A stretch of 64,000 nt of DNA from Monocercomonoides exilis PA203 (taxonomy: Eukaryota; Protista; Preaxostyla). The first letter of the stretch is position 1; each line of letters begins with the position of its first letter. Shown here piece by piece: positions 12,455-22,300 of the stretch. Below the pieces are notes generated by a model. It searched no databases. It had not been told where the DNA came from and was given only the letters and a program-made list of their open reading frames with translations. Position numbers and translations under genes: made by a program. The stretch is from contig LSRY02000013.1 of the NCBI GenBank assembly GCA_001643675.2, forward strand, positions 930,001-994,000, written 5' to 3'.

Positions 12455-12735
12455 ATATATCTAACTTCTTTGTGATGGTAGTTGTCTCACACAACTGAAC
12501 AAAAAACAGCCACTTGATTTCAGATTCTCATTTTCAAATCTGCTTGAGAAAAAATATAATTTAATTACAATTATCTTCGTTGAAAACAAAATTTAACTCT
12601 CCTTTCCTGAAATTAATAAACGACGTGATTCGGAAAAAAAAAAAATCATCTCTGTGAAGGATTTTCTTTTGCTCAATAATCATAGATATTGAATGCCCTT
12701 TATTAAAAAATTAAAGAAATAATTGAATCAAAAAA

Positions 12736-15353
12736 ATGAACTGCCAAAATAATTCCACATTTTCTGGAAATAAAACAGAGCTCAAAGAAGCAAGCAGTTT
12801 ATGTAGTATGTTTCTGTGCTATATATAGTTTGTTATTTGCATCAGTTGTCTAATTCTAATAATATTCGTTAAATTCAGTGGAATATGTTCTTGATTGTGC
12901 TTCAAAGATTGTGCTTCCAAACGTCAAAACTAATGAAGAGACTTTGAATATCTTTCTTTTTTATATCAAGCATTCTTCAACATTAGAAATATGTAATTTA
13001 TTAGGCAAAGATTCTTTGAAGCATGAAGTAAAACGCATAGCTCAAATGTATTTAGGTTCTTCTGTATCTAGTGCATTGAAGGAGCTTGAATTATTTTATG
13101 CTATTATCATCGAATTGCTTTTTCGTCAAGATCTTATTGAAAATGAAATAATTTATCGTAAATTTCTCGTTCGCAGCTTTCAAGGAGTCTTCAATTCTCT
13201 GTTGGATCGACATTTTGAAAATTCAAAATTATGTTACATGAAATTTTATGTGGAAAATAAAGCTAAAACATGTAAAGCCAAAAAGCATGGAACAAAGGCA
13301 CTTCAGCACGATGCCTTGATTCTTGTACCATTTACAGCAATGCCTTATGTTGGATTTGAAAAAACAGTATTGAAAATAATATTTCACGAATGGAAATCAA
13401 TGACTCTGGAAGAAAAAGAGCGAATGTTGATTGCACTTCATTATTATGCTGAAGATCAATGTGGTGTGTTGTTTATAAGAAAAAACTTTTTTGTTTTTTG
13501 TTTTTTGTTTTTTGTTTTTTGCTTTTTGCTTTTTGTTTTTTGTTTTTTGCTTTTTTGTGTGCGTGTTCAAAAGGGTTCTTGTTCTTTTTCATCAAAAGTA
13601 TTGTTTCTTTGTTTTTATTTGAAGTTTTTGAATCACCCTTTGCGTGCTTTTATTATTTATTTTCTTAAAAATATAATGCAATTTATTTAAACAAATAATT
13701 CCTCTCCAAAAGATGCGAGCTATGGATCAGGACGAATTGAGCGTCGCATTGTGAAGCTGAATGGAATTGAAGAGATGATTGACGAGTTTATACGGCATTT
13801 ACCAAATGATATTCCTTCAACTGTTTGAGCGATAATTCATTTTATTTATTTTTGCATCATGTTTTCTTAATTTTCTCCTTTAACAATATTGGCAATTGAT
13901 ATTTTGAAACAATTTCTTTTTTACCTTTTTTGTTAAGTATCCCAAAGATACTTTCTCGTTTATTGCGTCCATCGCAATTGGATTATTTTCTCGAGGGGAT
14001 GCTTTTGAAACAGAGAACTTCAGAAGCTCTCATCCTTCGTTTAGACTTTTATCGTTTACGAGGCAATGGATGGAATTTATCTTGCAGCAAGTGGCTCAGA
14101 AATTGAATGAGCAAGAATTTGCATCACAAATGAAAGAACATCCATCAGAGGAAGAGGAAAGCTCAGGCAATCAATTCAAGCAGGAGCTGCAACCAAGCAC
14201 TTGTTGTGCACAGAATGCAGATATCTCGCAGTCAAACCTTGCGGATTGCGAGCATAAAGCAGATGTGTCCTCTTCATTCAACATTGAAAGGGAAATAAAA
14301 TCAATCGAAATGTTGTATACTCCCTTTCAAATTTTAAGCTTTTATCACACTGAATGTTTTATGCCATTTTTATTGAATCACTCGGAAGATCTGAAAAGGC
14401 TGCTTTTATTCCCAGAAAGAGTTGCCGCACTCAAACAAGAGAGACTCATCAAAACTTCCTTGAGAAATTCGTCTTCTTCGCAGAACTTTTTCTCTCATTC
14501 ATGTTCTATTGGCAAAGATGCCTTTTATCTGGAGCAGTATTCTCTGATGCTTCTTCTTCATTTTGCTCGAACTGAAGCCGTAAAGCTTTGCCGTGAGTTG
14601 TTCAGCCTGCAGAACATGCTGTCAATCGCACGGCTGGTTTGCCCTGTTTCTCCCTTCTGTTCACTTCCTATCACAAAAGCATCAACAGAATCTGTGTCAG
14701 TGTTGTTGTCAGATGCAGCATTATCTGATGTTGAGACACCTCCCTCTTTTTCAAGCGGGCTATCAGCTGGCACAAGCTATAATATGCTTCTCAGTCGGCT
14801 CATTGCTCAGTTTCCAGGGTTAGTTCCTCTTGGAGCGCTGAGCTGTCTCATTTCGAGTTTTGTTTCGCTGTTTTCCGGAGATGTTTTTGACACTGTTTAT
14901 CTTCAAAACATGCTGATATCACTGCGGTTTGCATTGAAAGGTGCACTACAGCTGATAAACGAATACGAAAGGGACGAGGAACTGGAGAAGGCGACAGATG
15001 CGATCAATGAACAAAGCTTTGACTTTGACATTTTCAGAGAGAAAATCCAACTTGGAAAAGAAGCGCCAATCTGCGAAGCTTTGAAGAATCATGTTAACAG
15101 CATCGATTTTTTTTATCAAGAAAAACTGAAGTCAGAAGGATACTCGTTCTTTGAGCTCAGGTCAATCGTGCTGGATTCATTTCTGGTGCAAATAGAAGAG
15201 CAGGGGCTTGAAGACATTTTCAATGCGATTCCGTTAGTTTGGGAATATGAAGAACCTAACAATGTTGATCCATTTCAAGGAGTAGATTTTACGGATATTT
15301 TGCAGTACATGGCTTTGTTGAGAACGCGGAAAACCAAAATATTCGAAATGTAG
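12736..15353 (+). CDS. Hypothetical helical protein, about 4 exons
   Basis: ATG at 12736; intron to AG at 12878; a (TTTTTG)n-rich intron ~13460-13712; small exon DASYGSGRIERR..; last exon joins ORF 14070-15353 (TAG). No confident domain. Confidence 0.65.
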
Positions 15354-16314
15354 AGATAAATAACTGGGAAATGTGATGTTTGTTCTGCTGCTAATTTTGT
15401 GTTTCGAATAGTTTTTTAATAATAGAATTACAAAATATTTGTTTTCTTTCAAGTATTTTTTGTTGATTTTAGTTTATTCTTCGATTGAAGAAGCTTTTAT
15501 TTATTTTTTATTTATTTATTCTTATTCTTTTTTTCATTTTTTCATTTTTTGTTTTTTTGTTTTTTGTTCTTGTCCTTGTCCTTGTTATTTTAAATGAGAC
15601 AAATCCGGTAAAAAAGTTTTATTGAATTAGAAAACTTTTGGCTTAAAAAAAAAGTCTTAATTGATTTACAATAAAAGAGAGCTTGTTTTGTTTCAGTTTC
15701 TTTTTATGAAAATGAATTAGAATTATTTGTAACTCTTCAAAGAAGTCTCTTTGTTAGTAAATTCAGTTAACGCAAGGAATTAAGAAATATCAGGTGTAAA
15801 CATCTTCCTTCACTATGAAAGACTTTTTTTTTTATTTTGTCGAAAGTGAGTTAAGTTATTTGTAATAAAAAACCGACTGAGATATTATACCAACTTCACA
15901 GCGAAAATATTAAAATAACAGAAAAAAAAAGAATCACATTATCGAATTCTTAGCGATTTAAGAACTATTTAATGAAAATCAGACATAAAATAAAAAGGAA
16001 GAAAAAAGAAAAAATTGATGAAATACAAATTGAACAACAATTAAAAAGAATGCAACAAAAAGGCAATATTAAACATGTTAATGTAATTCTCCATTAAATA
16101 AGTCAATAATAATTAAATAAATAAAATTATTTCATTTTTTTGAAAAAAAATTGATCAACTCACAAAAATTAGTTGCTGAAAATAGTGAAAAAATTATGAG
16201 ATGTTACAATTACACTGACAATTTCGTTTTATACTCCTTTTTTCTTTAAATAAGTTCTTAAAATGAATTTCTAAAATAATTATTGATAACTTAAAAAATC
16301 GCCAAATCGTTTGA

Positions 16315-19300
16315 TTAATTCTCGTCTTCTCTATTTTGCCTCAAGCTTGTTAACGATCTTATCACTTCATCCAGAAATGGTCTGTCATTTGGCTCATCTG
16401 CCCACATCTTCTCCATCAGCTCAACCAGTTCTTCTCCTTCGATTCCTTCTGTCAGTGGCCTAACTCCATCTCTCATCATCTCCTGCGCTTCTTCTGTGTC
16501 GCACTCGCTCAAAGGCTCCTCGCCAGCAATCATTTCATAGAGAGTTAATCCAAGTGTGAATACAACTGATTTTTCTATTCTATCTGTTTCTCGTTCACTT
16601 TCTTCATTAGCATTTCCAATATTTTCTTCGGGTGCTTTCCATCGCTTCATTGAATTCTTTATCATTTCGTCTTCTATTTCCTCCGCCATTACAAGAACTT
16701 CATTTTCTCCTTCTTCCCTCTTTTTTATAAAAATTGTGAATGGACACAGATTTGCTGCCATCATATTTCCACGCTCATCTCCAGTCTTAAGCAGATGCGC
16801 AAATAGCTTTGCAATTGCAAGCACTGTTTCCTTCTCATCCACAACGTCCATCGATCTCGTTCCCAGAGTCAAATCTCCTTGAACAGAATGAATTATCGAG
16901 TGCAATGTTTGGGCATCGCTGATTTGTCTTTCTCGAAATGGTTTTTTTGTTGATAGCATTTTAATCTGTCTTGCAAGTGCTGAATGCTTGACTGATTCAA
17001 CGGTGGAAGCAAAAGACTGATCCAAATGTTCGGGAGAATCACTTTCGTCTCCAGAAAATCCTTCTAATTCTGGAGGCGGAGGTAATTCCTCAAGCTCTTC
17101 TTCAACAAGCAGAGGAATTTGGCTTGTCATTCCTTCCAGCAGCGTTGATGGCATCTCTTCATTTTGGAAGCGACCGTCTTTTTCTTTGTTGTTTCGAGTC
17201 AGTTTTTCCTCCAAATTCTGAATATCTTCTTTCATTTCCATCATTTTCTCTTCGGAACGTGTTGAAGATTTTCGAAGAAATACGATCAATATAACTGTCA
17301 TGATTACAAAAAGCACGAGAAAAACTGCACAAGCAATGCAAGCATACATCCATGCTGAGTTGCCACCAGAATCAGATTGCGAAATTATATCGTTTGATGA
17401 AGAAGAGTCATCCTTTGATAAATTCTGAAGCATGAGGATCGCTGAATAGCTTGGGTTTCTGCCATTTTTCTCGTTGAATACGAGTTGAATTGACATCACG
17501 CTCTTATCCCCCTTTTCTGCGATTTCTGCTTCTGGAACAGTTGCAATGGCTTCGGTTTCTGAGACAAAAGAAGAGAATTCGTGCTTGACTATCTCACTTG
17601 ATGAGCTGTGGTCGTAAATAATCCTTAATGACAGATCACACGGAATCAGCAGAGAACCACTCACTGTGATTACACGGTTATCTCCAACAGTTTTGTTTGT
17701 CGCTCTCTTCAGCGAAGGAATAAAGAAAGGAGATTGTCTGTCAGCAACTGCACCAGAAAGCTTGCATCCTTCATTCAGAATCCACAAAGACGATGTTGCT
17801 TCATTTTCCTCGTCTCCACTGCTAACAACACTTTCAATATTCAATAACGATTTCTTCCCAACACAACGAATGTTCCTATTCACTGATTCAAATCCATAAA
17901 TGTTCGGCTTGTTCCCTTCGAAACGGCAAGAGGAAAGTGTTGCATTGCTGCTTGTGATTGACAGGCCGCCCTTTGCGGAGTTGGCAAAAGTGGTCATTTC
18001 AATTGCAGCGCTGCTTTGATCCAAGTGAAGGAGAGAACCCTGCCACGTGCAGATTTCTGGCTCATCTAATTGAACATTTGTCATTTGCCTGTATTTGTCA
18101 TCGTTGACTGCTGCTTTCATATTGCTTGATGTTTCCGTAACTGTTGAGCCGTCAAAGAGACAATCATGAAGTTGAATGTCTGTGCACGAGAAGAATGAAG
18201 CAATGCTGCCTTTTGAGGAAGGAGAACAGCAATCGATGAATGAGCAATTCGTTAACTGTAGAGTGAACAGAGTCGAAGCAGAAAGAGAAGAATAAGGTGA
18301 AGACGAGGAAGGAGTGGAAGAAAGAAGAGTTGATTCACCAGAAGCAGAAATGACACAGGCACCATTTGTAATTCTTTTGACGTGTTCAACAGTTAAAGTG
18401 TTGATTGTTAGTACATGGTTGATTGCTTCCTCATTTGGCAATTGCAAAACAGAAAATGAAGAATTTGATGAAACGATATCAGGATTTTTGTCTGTATTTA
18501 TCAAAATGATAGCCCCATCTTTTATCTCAGTTGTTGAAATTTTCACTTTCAGCAAAGAAGCACAAGATTGTGATGAGAAAACAAATATGCTGAAGTTTGA
18601 GTTGCAGTTTGTAATGTTCACCCGCTCAAGAGAAGCATTTCCTTGTTTGCCGTCCAATATTCCATTATTTGCATTGATGTCTGTAACAGTTGAGTTGCTC
18701 AAAAGCGCATTTCCTTCTTGTCCGGTTCTTATGAGAGAACCACCAACAGTCAACAAAGAGATGCTTGTCTTTAAAATATCTAATCTTCCCTTTTGAACAC
18801 CAAACAGTGCAGAATGTATTGTCGCTGTTTCATCTTCGCCAGTGAATGTGCATTGCGCAATAGAAGTTGTTCCATTGATCTGATTGAACACAGAAACGTG
18901 CTTCGATTGAAAGGCCGAGCCAAAGGCAAAATCACACAAAGTAATAAAAACATCATCTGATGTTTGAATCAATGAAGAATCCGCTGAAATGTTAGCATAT
19001 TCCTTGATCAGGTTTATCTTGCAATTTTCCTTTAAGCGCGATCTGACTGTCAAATCATCCATCACTGTCTCTCCTCCTACATCTGCCTCATCCAAAATCC
19101 ACAGAAAGCGCGCATATCCTTCGTCAACATGTTTCGTTCCTTCAGAAACCGACCAACATGGAATATTTTCTCTACCACAAATACTGTTATCTTCTGAAGC
19201 TGAAGACGATACAAAGATTTGCTCTGAACGGTAAAAACGTATCAATGACAGAAGATTTATGTCCATTTGAGAAGCATCCGTTCCACAAAATGCTTTGTCA

Positions 19301-22300
19301 TCTTCAAACGTGGCCTGAGAATAATCCAAACTAAACAGTTCATTCGTAACTTGCTCATTGATATTGTCACAAAAAATAAAGAAATCCTTACCATAAAAAG
19401 CGTCGTTCATTGAGAAATTCGCTAATTTCATACGAAAATTTATAGCAGGAGATTTTGCTTCATCGGGATTTTGATTCTGAACGCAATCAAGATACAATCC
19501 ACCTCCTCTTCCATTCAATGAGGCGCTGCACCGAGTGAACGAGCATTCTTCGATCCTCAAAGAGCCATCTGGTGCTGGATGATTAAATAGAATTGCACCG
19601 CCTTTGTCCGAAGATGAGGCACAGGTGCTGAATCGTGTTTCATTAATAATGCAGTTAATTGCTTCGAAGTTTGATTGAGGATTCGGAGAAATAACACATC
19701 CACCTGCATTTTGACTGAGCTCAATATTCGTAAAGTTGCTGTTTGCGATTCTGACAATGCATTCATCGTTAGTACGACGATTATTTTCTACTGAAAATTG
19801 TGTATCTGAAGCTGAAGCTGAAGCAGAAGCAGAATAAGCCGGTGAAAGAGCAATTAGTGGTGAATTTGAAAGTGTGATGCCATCAACTTTGAAGTTATCG
19901 ATCGTTCCAGACACAGCAAAAGACGATATCTCAAGAATAGACGATTTCAAATTCTGATTGATCAAGTCACAGTTTGTGATGCTCACTGATCCTTGGAGTG
20001 CTTTGATGATGAGTGTGTTGCATTCGCCTGAAAAAACAAAGTCGTCGTTGTTCAGAATGAGATTAGATTCAGATACTGAAAGCTCGATTAATGAAGTATG
20101 ATATCCAAAAGAGGCAGGGATGTTCAGTGAAATAAACTCAAATGCACATTTAACTTTCACGTTTATAAGTCCTTTTGTGTTTGTTCCGCCATTCGCAGTA
20201 ATCAGTTTTTTCTTTGTTGGAACTGGATCGGCTTGTTGGCTAACATCATTTCCAATGATCAAATGCTCAATATCTTCAATAGTCAATTCTCCCTCAATTT
20301 TCGCTCCTTCCATAACAAACACTTGCTTTTTCTCAGCACTTTCTATCTTTCCCAGTGCTCTTTGCACGGTTTTGCATGGATATGTGGTAAATCCACACAC
20401 AATAACATCCACGCCATCTTCTCCCACATATGGAGCATCACCATAAGAATGGAAGAAATAAGCAAGAGGAATCGCATTGGCTTTATCGCTTCCATCAAAT
20501 CCTCTCATCGAATCAACATTTTCTATTGAAATCTGCTTGGCAAATGGAAGAGTTTGCTCTGTGATACTGTCTTTGAGCGAGGCAGAACTTGCAAACAAAT
20601 CTTTTCCAAACGAAGCAACGTTGACTTTATCACCTTCACCAAAAGTTGGAGAAGTGATGACAAAATTGTTGGAATTAGCTGCCAAATCCAGATAAATACC
20701 TCCTCCATAACCAATCATTGGCGGATCAGCTGGAGCTTGACATGACTTGAATGAGCATGAACTAATTATCAATTTTGTGCTTGCGACCGGACGAGCGTAA
20801 ATTGCTCCTCCCTTTCCATCTGTGTTTAAAGTATCGCATTCATCAAATACGCAGTTGTTGACGGTGATTTCAGAGGAAAAGTCAGTTGCTTTTGATTCTT
20901 CAATTAAGATTGCGCCTCCATTTGCTGAATTCACTTTGCATTGCTTGAAAGTGTTGTTATTAATTGTTAGACTCTTGCTGCTTGTGACTTTGATGACTGA
21001 ATTGTCACCATTTTCTATTTGAGATAAAGTGACATTTTTAATCTCGCATTTTGATTTGCCTTCAACCAGAATTATTTCGCTTGCTCCAGAGTTTGTAGTG
21101 AAACTTCCAGTTAGAAAAGAAATGACTCCAAAAACACTCGATTCATCTGTTGTTCGATATGCAATGAAATGCTTTCCACTAGCTGGATACACATTATTCA
21201 TTGAAAGATGATCCACATTCAGACATCCCGCTCCTTCAACCACAATAACATCATAATTAATATTTGTGACAGATTGTGCCAATGCAATTTTGCTATTCTG
21301 AAAAGATAGCGTTTGAGCTGAACAATCAAACAGAGATGCTCTTGAAGCATTCAAATTCTCAGGAATTGACAAAGTGATTTTGCTTATCGAAAAGTCCATT
21401 GCAACCGAAAAGAAGCATTGCTTGCTGTTGCTGGCATCTGTGTCTGTTATACTCACAGTGCTCTCTCCTTCTGAGCTTTCAAGACTTAACTTCACATCCG
21501 AAGAACTCAGATGCAGTGGCTTTTCAACAGAAGATGATGCTTTGACCTTCACAACAGAATTATCTGCTGTAAATGCATTGAATCTCAACTTGAGAATATG
21601 ATTGATTGTCTTGCAAGGCGCTTCAGAAAACCCACAGCCACTGAAATCTCCTCCATTTCCATTGCCCACAAATCCTGTGGAAGTGAAATTGCTCCACAAA
21701 TAGACGAGCAGCGGAATATCCAATTTCTCATTGGTTGTTGAGCGTTCTCTACCCATCATTGCATTCAAATCTGTTGGGAGTGAGTCAAAAACGAATGAAG
21801 AAGAAGAAACAACACTTTTCAAGTAACTTGCATCGACAAAAATAAATGTCTCTTTTTCTCCTGTTTGTCCATAGGCTTTCGTGAATGTCAGCTTCTCAAC
21901 GTGTAACGGACTGCCAGTTAAAGAAGATGGATCAATTGAATTATCTAATTGAAGATACAGCGAAGCAGAGGCTGTGCCTGAAGATCCGCTGCACTTCGAA
22001 AAAGATGAACTTTTCACAGAAAATGCATTTCCTTGAGCCATTTTCACAAAGCCCACAGTTCCATTAGAGCTTGTAGATGAAATATCATTGAAAGTTGATC
22101 CTTCAATTGACAGCGATTTGCATTCATTTGAACTAATAAGCACATCACTTCCCAGAACAACAGAAGAAAATGAAGATCTGTCAATTTTCAGCTCAGCATT
22201 TGATGAAATTTGAATAACACCTCCTTCTTGTGCTGAAGAAAAAGATATGCTTTGAATATTTGTCTGCTGCAGAGTGAATATTCCTCCTGTCAAAACAGCA

